Below, in pieces: positions 46,459 through 55,089 of a DNA stretch of 64,000 nt (within the stretch, counting starts at the first letter, position 1; each line of letters opens with the position of its first letter). The notes beneath the pieces are model-generated. The model was not told the DNA's origin and searched no databases. It was given only the letters and a program-made list of their open reading frames with translations. The stretch is from Maribacter sp. (GTDB taxonomy: Bacteria > Bacteroidota > Bacteroidia > Flavobacteriales > Flavobacteriaceae): positions 10,042-74,041 of the forward strand of contig CBFIGW010000001.1 of NCBI GenBank assembly GCA_965662155.1, in the 5' to 3' direction. The position numbers and the translations under genes were made by a program.

Positions 46459-48327
46459 TTATCTACCGAGAAATACTAAAAGCACACTTATGTCGCTAGG
46501 CGTTACTCCACTTATTCTCGAGGCTTGAGATATGGTTACGGGTTGTATGGCCGATAATTTTTCTCGTGCCTCAAAGGATAATGACTTTAGTTGAGTGTAA
46601 TTAAAATTGTTAGGAATTTTAACGGCCTCAAGTCTATGTAACTTATCTGCATTAACCTTTTCCTTTGCAATATAACCAGAGTATTTTATTTGAATTTCCG
46701 TTTGTTCAAGGACTTCGTTGTCTAAGCTGTTTTGACTTATAAATTCTGATACGCTATCCAAAGTTTTCATATGGTCCATAGTTACTTTTGGACGTGAAAA
46801 TGCCTTAAACATTTTATCCGATTGTTTGACTAAAGCGGAATCTACACTTTCTAAAATTGGGTTAATTTGTTCGGGCAAAACACTAGTATGTTTAAAGAAG
46901 TTTACAAAACTATCTGCTTTAGATTGTTTTTCTTCCATTCGTTTTAAACGTTCTTTTTTTGCCAGTCCTAATTCATAACCTTTTGGAGTTAATCTTAAAT
47001 CTGCATTATCCTGCCTTAGCAAAGTCCTATACTCTGCTCTAGATGTAAACATACGATAAGGCTCTTCTGTTCCTTTTGTAATTAAATCATCTATAAGAAC
47101 TCCAATATAAGCTTCGTCCCTTTTGAGTATAAAGGATTCTTTTTCGTTAATTTTTAAATGGGCATTTATTCCTGCCATTAGGCCTTGAGATGCCGCTTCC
47201 TCATATCCAGTAGTGCCATTAATTTGTCCTGCAAAGTATAGGTTGTCAACTAATTTAGTTTCTAATGTGTGCTTAAGCTGCGTTGGAGGAAAGTAGTCAT
47301 ACTCTATAGCATATCCCGGTCTAAAGAACTTTACTTTTTCAAAACCCACAACAGACCTTAAGGCTTTAAACTGCACATCTTCTGGTAGAGAGGTAGAAAA
47401 CCCATTTACATAAACTTCTACGGTGTCCCAGCCTTCAGGCTCTATAAACATTTGATGTCTGTCTTTATCGGAAAATCTGTTGATTTTATCTTCAATAGAA
47501 GGACAGTATCGAGGCCCTATGCTTTTTATTCTTCCGTTAAACATAGGGGATCTATCAAAACCCTCTCTTAAAAGTTCGTGTACCAAAGGACTAGTATAAG
47601 TCATGTGACAATCACGTTGTCTATCTAATTTATTAGTATTTAAATATGAGAATTTTTCAGGGTTTTCATCGCCCGGTTGAACGATCATCTTAGTATAATC
47701 CAAGGATCTGCCATCTACGCGTGGCGGCGTTCCTGTTTTCATTCTCCCGCTTTCAAATCCCAAATCCGTTAATTGTTCGGTGATTCCGGTAGCTGCTTTT
47801 TCACCTGCTCTTCCCCCTCCTATTTGTTTTTCACCAATATGTATTAGTCCATTCAAAAAAGTACCGTTGGTAAGCACTACGGATTTTCCCTTAATTTCAA
47901 TGCCTAAGGATGTTTTAACTCCGATAACGGTATTGTTTTCTATCAATAGCCCGGACACCATTTCTTGATAAAAATCTACATTAGGAGTTCTTTCTAAAGC
48001 CAATCTCCATTCTTCGGCAAAACGCATACGATCATTTTGCGCTCTTGGACTCCACATGGCAGGACCTTTGGATTTGTTAAGCATTTTAAATTGTATTGCG
48101 GATTTGTCCGTAATTATTCCACTGTATCCACCCAAGGCATCTATCTCTCTTACAATTTGCCCTTTTGCAATTCCTCCCATTGCGGGGTTGCAGGACATCT
48201 GTCCAATAGTCTGTAGGTTCATGGTAACTAACAAGGTTTTAGACCCCATATTGGCAGCTGCAGCTGCGGCCTCTGCCCCTGCATGTCCTCCACCAACTAC
48301 AATAACATCGTAAATTTCTCCAAACAT
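46459..48327 (-). CDS. mnmG: tRNA uridine-5-carboxymethylaminomethyl(34) synthesis enzyme MnmG (GidA)
   Basis: 622 aa. FAD motif [14 protein letters not shown], and conserved [19 protein letters not shown] and RPGYAIEYD. Confidence 0.97.
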   Translation of the reverse strand: MFGEIYDVIVVGGGHAGAEAAAAAANMGSKTLLVTMNLQTIGQMSCNPAMGGIAKGQIVREIDALGGYSGIITDKSAIQFKMLNKSKGPAMWSPRAQNDRMRFAEEWRLALERTPNVDFYQEMVSGLLIENNTVIGVKTSLGIEIKGKSVVLTNGTFLNGLIHIGEKQIGGGRAGEKAATGITEQLTDLGFESGRMKTGTPPRVDGRSLDYTKMIVQPGDENPEKFSYLNTNKLDRQRDCHMTYTSPLVHELLREGFDRSPMFNGRIKSIGPRYCPSIEDKINRFSDKDRHQMFIEPEGWDTVEVYVNGFSTSLPEDVQFKALRSVVGFEKVKFFRPGYAIEYDYFPPTQLKHTLETKLVDNLYFAGQINGTTGYEEAASQGLMAGINAHLKINEKESFILKRDEAYIGVLIDDLITKGTEEPYRMFTSRAEYRTLLRQDNADLRLTPKGYELGLAKKERLKRMEEKQSKADSFVNFFKHTSVLPEQINPILESVDSALVKQSDKMFKAFSRPKVTMDHMKTLDSVSEFISQNSLDNEVLEQTEIQIKYSGYIAKEKVNADKLHRLEAVKIPNNFNYTQLKSLSFEAREKLSAIQPVTISQASRISGVTPSDISVLLVFLGR

Positions 48328-48332
48328 AATTT

Positions 48333-48752
48333 CTATTGTTCCACGTGGAACAGTTTTATTTTTTCTTCTTCCTTTGCGCGCATTTCAGCGATATGCCCTT
48401 CATTTTTATCTTGGTAACCCATTAAATGTAAAAGACCATGGGCCATAACTCTTAAGAGTTCCTTCTGTAGTGTTTCGCTAAATTCTAAACTATTTTCCTT
48501 TACACGCTCTATAGAAATAAAGATATCACCAGTAATAACGCTTCCGTTAGTATAATCAAATGTTATAATATCTGTATATGTGTCGTGTTCTAAGTATTTT
48601 TTGTTGATAGATAACAAATATGGATCGTCACAAAAAATATAGTTTATTTCGCCCAATTCAAAAGATTCAGATTCACAAACTTTCGTTATCCAACTTTTGA
48701 ATTGTTTAGAATTTTCTAGTTCAAAATCCGTTTCGTAATGAATATTAATCAT
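48333..48752 (-). CDS. ybeY: rRNA maturation endoribonuclease YbeY
   Basis: 139 aa. Zinc motif [11 protein letters not shown] (HxxxHxxxxxH-type). Confidence 0.93.
   Translation of the reverse strand: MINIHYETDFELENSKQFKSWITKVCESESFELGEINYIFCDDPYLLSINKKYLEHDTYTDIITFDYTNGSVITGDIFISIERVKENSLEFSETLQKELLRVMAHGLLHLMGYQDKNEGHIAEMRAKEEEKIKLFHVEQ
48337..48352. repeat. Perfect 16-nt palindrome TGTTCCACGTGGAACA, 9 nt 5' of the mnmG ATG and inside the last codons of ybeY
   Basis: Read directly. On the minus strand it encodes LFHVEQ* of YbeY. The 18-mer ATTGTTCCACGTGGAACA (48335-48352) is identical to 46432-46449. Confidence 0.95.
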
Positions 48753-51700
48753 TGTTTTTAAAGTACTCGTTTACTTTAATTTGAAAATTTTGGCGCAAAG
48801 GTAAGGCTTGTCTATTTAAAATTTCTATCTCATTACGATAATTATCTAATAATGAGGGTTTAGTAGTTATTGGATTTGTGAAATTTTGTTGGTTGCTTCT
48901 GCTCTCACGTTCTTCTTTTTTGCCCTGTTTTAAAGCAGCGTTTTCAAGCTTAAGCAATTCATATTGAATGGTGTTGGCCTTGCTTATGGTGCGTTGGGTA
49001 ATGCCATTTTCTAGCAGGTCGTTCTCAAATTCTTCCATTTGTCGCACTAGCTTTTCGCCCAGTTTTCTATCCCCATCGTTGAGCATATTTTCTAATTGTT
49101 GTTCAAGAGCTTGTCTAATGCGTTGTTGCTCTTGATAAATCTCATAGATTTCTTTAAGTTCATTTTCTGATAAACCTTCTTGTCCATTACTGCCTTCATT
49201 TCCTTCTCCCTGGTTAGATCCATTTTGTCCTTCGCCTTGTTCTCCCTTATTTCCTTTACCGGATTTACCATTTGCTCCTGTGTTTCCCTCTTGCTCTCCT
49301 TCTCCATTTTGTCCTTTGCCTTTAGAGCCAGATTCTCCTTTTTTCCCTTCGCCTTCACCTTTCGATTGTCTTTTTTCACCAGACTGTCCCGATTTACCCA
49401 TTTTTTCACCTAAAGATTCTTGACCTTGAATGATATCGGGCAATTGAAACCCGCCTTGACTTTCGCCTTCACCTTTCCCCATTTGCATACTCTCCTGCAT
49501 ATTTTCCAACACATTTGCCAAGAAATCCGCCAAACTATTAGACGCCGTTAAAACGTATTTTTGATAAGATACTCCTTGGTATATTTGACCTTCGGCCATA
49601 CTTTCTAAAGATTTGTCAATATTGTAATAAACCTCTGTTATTTGTTCGTTAACGAACTCTGATAATTCTGCCTGTCTTAAGGACAAGGAAAAAAGACTAT
49701 CGTCTACGTGCTCAAAAAGCCCCCTTAGTTCTTTCTGATTTCGAACATTGTTTGAATATTGGGAAGCATCTTCCCCATCTTGTTGACTAAGCTTATCAAA
49801 CAAACCTTCTTGCTTAAAAGAAAAGATAATTAAGTTGTCTAAAATTTGACGCAACATTTCAGCATCTTCTGCAATAGAAGAACCACCGCCGGCACTAGAA
49901 GAAGAGTGACGTAATTCTTCACTCATTTCTTTCATTTTTTGCGCTGCGCTTTTTTGTTTTCTTTTTGCTGAAACACCTGGCTTTTCATTTTCTTCTAATT
50001 CTGAAGACTGTTCTTTCCCAAAATGTTTTTTGATTTGTTCAAGTGCTTCTTCTTGGTTTTGTTGAACGCCGTCTTTTTTAGATTGGTCAACTTTTAATTC
50101 TATAGGCTTTTTTAAATCATTATTGTCTTTCTTCAGCTCCTCTAAATCTTTATCAATTTTATCGAAGTCAGAATTCATTTTTTGCTGCTCTTTTTCTAAA
50201 AAGTCAGAGTCTAGGTTTAACTCAGATAATATTTCTTGTCTCTCTGCTAGTTTTTCTAAATCTTTTGCTAGTTGTGCCGCTTTCTCGGCAACATAATAGC
50301 GTTTGGTTAATTCTACCAATTGTTCAAGACTACGCTCAGAGTTCTGTTGCTTTTTCCCCAGCTCCTCCAAACGTTTAGTAAGTTCTTCTTTGTTTATTTT
50401 ATCAGCAATCTTGTTTAACTCTTCTAATAGTTTTTCGTTCTTTTTAGCTTCCAATTCTTGGCGTTCCAAACGCTCTTGTAACAGTTGATTTAGCTTATCG
50501 TCTTGATTTCCTTTCTTTAAATTTTGCTTTAGTTCGTTGCTAAATTTTTGCATTAATTGTTCTTGTCTTTCTTGTTTTTTTAAGAAATCCTTGACCTGGT
50601 TTTTATCATTAAAGTTTAAACTGGTTTTTTCCTTTTGTTCTGTATTTATCTGTTCCAAAGCATCCTTTTGTTCTTTTGCTCTTTCAAGGGATTTATCTAA
50701 ATTGTTTATTAAAGATTCTTGACGTTCTAACTCTTTGTTATTCAGTTGGTTATCATTCAATATAGATTGATTAAATACCTGACTTTTAACGCTTTTGCCA
50801 CTGTGAACAGCATCATTATCGGTAACAACAAAGTAAAATTCATAGTTTTTGCCATCTTCAAGCGCAATACCAGAAGGAAAGGTGTAATAGAACTGGCTAA
50901 AATTTGCGTTGGGCGTAACCAGATTTATTCGTTTTTCATCCTTAACGTTATTTTCTTCGTAATAGACCAAATCTATTTTTTGTAAACCATAATCGTCAGA
51001 AGCCTCGCCTGTATAATAAGAAACGTTAGGATTTAGGGAATCTAGTACCTGTTCAACACGTATAGTTGGAAAAGCATCCTTAATAACCCTTAACCCGTAT
51101 GCTAATCTTTCAAAATCCGCAACATTGGCATTTGAGGTCGTTAACTCGTATTCTAGGTTAGTGTAAACCTTTTGGCTATGCTCAAATTTATCTTGACTTT
51201 TTTGAAATCCAATTATTGTATCTGCAGTTACCAGGTTAACCACTTCAGTGTCCTCACCAATTATCTCCCAGGTAACCTTGGTTCCTTCGGGCACTAAGGC
51301 ATTACCTGTACTTTTTAAGACTTCGTTGCGTTTTTTAATATATGAAGGGTACTCTAGAATCACATTAAAGTCTACAATTGCGGGTGCTTTAAGCGCTGTA
51401 AGTTGGTATGGTCTTGAGGTTATCTCATTTCCCTTAAAAACAACCGTGGCACTTATAATAGGTGGAGATAATGTATATTGGTAAATGCCATTTCGTTCCT
51501 CCAAGAGCATTTCTTTGCCATCTATCAACATTGATACTTGTTCTGGCCTTATGTCACCTTTTGTGGCTACCTGAAATGTAAAGGGTTTACTCTCAATTAC
51601 TTCCAATTGTGTAGATAATAATTCAAAATAAAACGGCGCAGGTGGTTCGTACGCCATATCGTAATTCACTACACGCTCATAAGACCCAACAAAGGAATTC

Positions 51701-52236
51701 CATTGACCGGAAATCCACAACACTAGAATTATTAAAAAGGGTATTACCGTATATTTTGAATACCTATAGGCGTCTTTATAAGTAATCGCATTCTTAAATG
51801 GAATTGGATTTAATTGCCCCGAACGTTGTTTAATACTGGCCAATAACAATTCGGATTTTTCCGGATGATCGGCGAGGTCCAATAAATTATAAAGCTTATC
51901 ACCTACTTCGGGAAAGTGCTTCCCAATCATTTGTGCGGCGTCCTTGGAAGAAATCCCCTTTTTAACTTTAAACAGATAAAATAAAGGTGTTAATATGTAG
52001 GTGTACAATAAATATAGCTCTACACTAATAAATAACACCAATAAAATCAACCTTCCGGTAGAGCTTAGCCATAAGGCGTATTCAACACCCATCACTATTA
52101 AAAAAAAGAGCACCCCTAAGGCCAAGAACAATAAAATTCCTTTGATTAGTTTCTGGGCATAATGCTTTCGGACAAACTCGTTTAGCTTGTTTATTATGTT
52201 GTTATAGTACTGCAAATGAGAATTTTTATATACCAA
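48745..52236 (-). CDS. Large conserved membrane-anchored coiled-coil protein (DUF4175-like)
   Basis: 1163 aa. The first in-frame start is a TTG at 52236, with no upstream ATG. It has N-terminal TM helices, a ~350-aa beta-rich region, a long K/E/Q coiled-coil region, then a G/E/N/K/S low-complexity tract. The stop overlaps the ybeY start by 8 nt. Confidence 0.8.
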   Translation of the reverse strand: MVYKNSHLQYYNNIINKLNEFVRKHYAQKLIKGILLFLALGVLFFLIVMGVEYALWLSSTGRLILLVLFISVELYLLYTYILTPLFYLFKVKKGISSKDAAQMIGKHFPEVGDKLYNLLDLADHPEKSELLLASIKQRSGQLNPIPFKNAITYKDAYRYSKYTVIPFLIILVLWISGQWNSFVGSYERVVNYDMAYEPPAPFYFELLSTQLEVIESKPFTFQVATKGDIRPEQVSMLIDGKEMLLEERNGIYQYTLSPPIISATVVFKGNEITSRPYQLTALKAPAIVDFNVILEYPSYIKKRNEVLKSTGNALVPEGTKVTWEIIGEDTEVVNLVTADTIIGFQKSQDKFEHSQKVYTNLEYELTTSNANVADFERLAYGLRVIKDAFPTIRVEQVLDSLNPNVSYYTGEASDDYGLQKIDLVYYEENNVKDEKRINLVTPNANFSQFYYTFPSGIALEDGKNYEFYFVVTDNDAVHSGKSVKSQVFNQSILNDNQLNNKELERQESLINNLDKSLERAKEQKDALEQINTEQKEKTSLNFNDKNQVKDFLKKQERQEQLMQKFSNELKQNLKKGNQDDKLNQLLQERLERQELEAKKNEKLLEELNKIADKINKEELTKRLEELGKKQQNSERSLEQLVELTKRYYVAEKAAQLAKDLEKLAERQEILSELNLDSDFLEKEQQKMNSDFDKIDKDLEELKKDNNDLKKPIELKVDQSKKDGVQQNQEEALEQIKKHFGKEQSSELEENEKPGVSAKRKQKSAAQKMKEMSEELRHSSSSAGGGSSIAEDAEMLRQILDNLIIFSFKQEGLFDKLSQQDGEDASQYSNNVRNQKELRGLFEHVDDSLFSLSLRQAELSEFVNEQITEVYYNIDKSLESMAEGQIYQGVSYQKYVLTASNSLADFLANVLENMQESMQMGKGEGESQGGFQLPDIIQGQESLGEKMGKSGQSGEKRQSKGEGEGKKGESGSKGKGQNGEGEQEGNTGANGKSGKGNKGEQGEGQNGSNQGEGNEGSNGQEGLSENELKEIYEIYQEQQRIRQALEQQLENMLNDGDRKLGEKLVRQMEEFENDLLENGITQRTISKANTIQYELLKLENAALKQGKKEERESRSNQQNFTNPITTKPSLLDNYRNEIEILNRQALPLRQNFQIKVNEYFKNND
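49174..49479 (-). repeat. Low-complexity Gly/Glu/Asn/Lys/Ser-rich coding tract within the large protein
   Basis: Encodes GKGEGESQGG...GEGEGKKGESGSKGKGQNGEGEQEGNTGANGKSGKGNKGEQGEGQNGSNQGEGNEGSNGQEG. It generates the shadow ORFs at 49092-49409 (-) and 49180-49413 (+). No exact nucleotide tandem period was seen. Confidence 0.8.
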
Positions 52237-52385
52237 GATAGGAGTAATTGTATTTTTTTAGATAGAATTATTTGTTAAAAGCAGCTAAACAGCCCGTTTT
52301 ATGCCAGTTTTTACAAGTTTTGAAGTCTATGTATTAAATTATTAGGAATACACTAACCATGCTTTTAAGCCAAAGGTGCTTTTTA

Positions 52386-52393
52386 TACCTTTG
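52386..52393 (+). promoter_or_regulatory. Candidate -7 promoter box (TACCTTTG) positioned for a leaderless gltX mRNA
   Basis: Perfect TAnnTTTG match spanning exactly -12..-5 relative to the A of the ATG at 52398. Confidence 0.4.
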
Positions 52394-52397
52394 CGCC

Positions 52398-53909
52398 ATG
52401 ACAAAGAAAGTTCGCGTAAGATTTGCGCCTAGCCCAACAGGCCCATTACATATAGGAGGAGTACGTACCGCCCTTTTTAATTATTTGTTCGCTAAAAAGC
52501 ACAGTGGTGATTTTATTTTGAGAATAGAGGATACTGACCAAAATAGATATGTAGAAGGCGCTGAGGAGTACATTATCAATGCCTTAAACTGGTGCGGAAT
52601 TCCCTTTGACGAAGGTGTTGGAAAAGAGGGCGATTTTGGACCTTATAGACAAAGTGAGCGTAAGCAACTTTACCAAAAATATGCAGATGAACTGGTTAAA
52701 AAGGGAAAGGCCTATTATGCATTTGATACTGCTGAGAAATTGGATTTTCACAGAAAAGACCATGAGGCCAAAGGCAAAACCTTTATTTACAATTGGCATA
52801 ACCGATTAAAACTCGATAATTCCCTTTCCATGATGCCAGAGGAGGTTGAAAAACGTTTGGCTTCCGGAGAGGATTTTGTAATTCGGTTTTTAACTCCGCC
52901 CGATGAAAAACTGCACTTAAAGGATATAATCCGAGGGGATATAGAAATTGAAACTAATATACTAGACGATAAAGTCCTTTTTAAGAGTGATGGTATGCCC
53001 ACATATCATTTGGCAAATATCGTGGATGATCATCTTATGGAAATTTCCCATGTAATAAGGGGCGAGGAGTGGCTGCCCTCTTTAGCGCTACACCAACAAT
53101 TGTATGATTCTTTTGGATGGCAAGCACCAGAATTTGCACACTTACCACTTATTATGAAACCAGTTGGTAAAGGCAAATTGAGCAAACGAGATGGTGAAAA
53201 AGGGGGTTTTCCGGTTTTTCCATTATCTTGGAATGAGTCCATAGGCTATCGTGAATCTGGATATTTTCCTGAAGCCGTAATAAACTTTTTGGCATTATTA
53301 GGGTGGAACCCTGGTACGGAGCAAGAAATATTCAGCTTAAACGAGCTTGTAGAAACTTTTTCCCTGGAACGCGTGAACAAGTCTGGAGCTAGGTTCGACC
53401 CAGACAAAACCAAATGGTATAATCAACACTATTTACAACAAAAATCAGATAGACAACTAGCAGAACTGTTTGAAAATGAAGTTGCTTCAAAAGCGAGCAA
53501 ATTTTCAATGGAATATATTACCAAGGTCGTAACCTTGATTAAGGAGCGTGCTACTTTTGTATCCGATTTTTGGGAACTGAGCGATTATTTCTTTATGGCT
53601 CCAACAGCTTACAATGAAAAAGCGGCCAAAAAGCAATGGAAGGATGGCAGTGCTGAGATTATGCAAAAGTTGACCGGTGTTCTAGAAAACATATCGGATT
53701 TCTCATCAAACAACATAGAAACCATTGTAAAATCTTGGATAACTGAACAAGAACTGTCTTTTGGTAAAGTAATGCCGCCGTTACGCCTCATTTTGGTTGG
53801 CGACATGAAAGGCCCACACATTTTTGATATTATGGATATGATAGGAAAAGAGCAATGCATTCAAAGAATTAATGTCGCAATAAAAGAGTTGAACTCCTAT
53901 ATCAACTAA
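52398..53909 (+). CDS. gltX: Glutamate--tRNA ligase
   Basis: The ATG at 52398 gives MTKKVRVRFAPSPTGPLHIGG (HIGH motif). KLSKR (KMSKS motif) is present. The ORF-track start at 52359 adds an atypical 13-aa extension. Confidence 0.95.
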   Translation: MTKKVRVRFAPSPTGPLHIGGVRTALFNYLFAKKHSGDFILRIEDTDQNRYVEGAEEYIINALNWCGIPFDEGVGKEGDFGPYRQSERKQLYQKYADELVKKGKAYYAFDTAEKLDFHRKDHEAKGKTFIYNWHNRLKLDNSLSMMPEEVEKRLASGEDFVIRFLTPPDEKLHLKDIIRGDIEIETNILDDKVLFKSDGMPTYHLANIVDDHLMEISHVIRGEEWLPSLALHQQLYDSFGWQAPEFAHLPLIMKPVGKGKLSKRDGEKGGFPVFPLSWNESIGYRESGYFPEAVINFLALLGWNPGTEQEIFSLNELVETFSLERVNKSGARFDPDKTKWYNQHYLQQKSDRQLAELFENEVASKASKFSMEYITKVVTLIKERATFVSDFWELSDYFFMAPTAYNEKAAKKQWKDGSAEIMQKLTGVLENISDFSSNNIETIVKSWITEQELSFGKVMPPLRLILVGDMKGPHIFDIMDMIGKEQCIQRINVAIKELNSYIN

Positions 53910-53947
53910 TTTTTTGTCATAGATCAATCATTCTGCTGACAGAGGAT

Positions 53948-53977
53948 AGTCCTATAAAATCGTCGTTTTATAGGACT
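53948..53977 (+). terminator. Rho-independent-type terminator hairpin after gltX
   Basis: A perfect 12-bp stem, AGTCCTATAAAA (53948-53959) with TTTTATAGGACT (53966-53977), and a 6-nt loop. It is followed by TTGCGTTTG. Confidence 0.7.
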
Positions 53978-54081
53978 TTGCGTTTGTAAAATTCTAAACC
54001 TGCTCGAATACTTATGGGCAGTAATAGACTAAATTAAAGGCAGTTGACTTTTCCTTTATGTTTTTTCAGCAAAAAATACCA

Positions 54082-54089
54082 TATATTTA
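54082..54089 (+). promoter_or_regulatory. Candidate -7 promoter box (TATATTTA) positioned for a leaderless transcript
   Basis: 7/8 match to TAnnTTTG, spanning -12..-5 relative to the ATG at 54094. The 10-mer TATATTTAGG followed by 2 nt and ATG is identical to the arrangement at 30611-30625. Confidence 0.35.
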
Positions 54090-54093
54090 GGAT

Positions 54094-55077
54094 ATGGGAT
54101 GCAAAGCCAATCTAACCTTGTTTCTTATTTTTATATGCTTCCGAAGTTTATCCCAACAAGGTGCATTGCCCTCATATACCCAAAGCTTAAACGGCACATC
54201 ATTAGAAATTGAAATGGTGGCTATTCCATCTGGAAGTTTTGTTATGGGGACTTCTGAGAATGACACCCAAGGAGAAAGTGAAGAAATACCGGAACACACA
54301 GTAAAATTGGATGCCTTTTGGATGTCCAAGCACGAGATTACATGGGAGATGTACAATCTTTTTGTAAACCGTGTTTTGGATACAGTTACTCAAAACAAAA
54401 AGGTGATGGAGTTGAATATGGACGTTGACGCTGTCTCTGGAGCCACCGTCCCTTATGTAGATATGAGCTTGGGAATGGGAACCGGACCCGGATTGCCAGT
54501 GGGCAATGTAACTCAATATGCAGCTTCCGTCTTTTGTGAATGGTTAACTACATTAACAGGTTATTTTTACAGACTACCCACGGAAGCAGAATGGGAATAT
54601 GCCTGTCGTGCAGGATCCCAAACATCCTATCATTTTGGTGATGATTCTAACCAACTAAGTGAATATGCATGGTTTTATAAAAATAGCCAAGGCACATACC
54701 ATAAGGTAGGCGAAAAAAAGCCTAATGCTTGGGGCTTATATGACATGCACGGTAATGTTGCCGAATGGACACTAGACCAATATGATAGCGGCTCGTATTT
54801 TGACCGGAAAAACGGTGTTATAAACCCATTGGTATCCGCAGAAAAGAAGTATCCCCGTGCGGTAAGAGGTGGGTCCTACGACGATGACCCAATAGACCTT
54901 CGTAGTACATCACGTAAGGGCTCTTCCGAAAATTGGAAAATGAGAGACCCACAATTCCCAAAAAGTAAATGGTGGAATACAGACGCACCTTTTGTTGGCT
55001 TTAGGGTGGTGCGACACAAGACGTTTCCTAAACCACAGGATATACCACGATATTGGATTCACAAGAATGAGAAATAA
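54094..55077 (+). CDS. Formylglycine-generating-enzyme (SUMF1/FGE)-fold protein, secreted
   Basis: Family motifs are YRLPTEAEWEYACRAGS, WGLYDMHGNVAEW and RGGSY. An N-terminal signal peptide is present. Confidence 0.85.
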   Translation: MGCKANLTLFLIFICFRSLSQQGALPSYTQSLNGTSLEIEMVAIPSGSFVMGTSENDTQGESEEIPEHTVKLDAFWMSKHEITWEMYNLFVNRVLDTVTQNKKVMELNMDVDAVSGATVPYVDMSLGMGTGPGLPVGNVTQYAASVFCEWLTTLTGYFYRLPTEAEWEYACRAGSQTSYHFGDDSNQLSEYAWFYKNSQGTYHKVGEKKPNAWGLYDMHGNVAEWTLDQYDSGSYFDRKNGVINPLVSAEKKYPRAVRGGSYDDDPIDLRSTSRKGSSENWKMRDPQFPKSKWWNTDAPFVGFRVVRHKTFPKPQDIPRYWIHKNEK

Positions 55078-55089
55078 AATGTAATAAAA

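Noticed and set aside
46445-46475. GGAAC within the mnmG-flanking palindromes read as an ECF-sigma -35 element.
   Set aside because: No convincing CGT-type -10 element lies at the right spacing on either strand. The match is only 5 nt inside a larger dyad.
49092-49413. Two ORFs (105 aa minus strand, 77 aa plus strand) over the G/E/N/K-rich tract, and a possible nucleotide tandem repeat there.
   Set aside because: They are alternative-frame readings of a low-complexity coding tract in the 1163-aa gene. I could not find an exact repeating nucleotide unit, only compositional bias.
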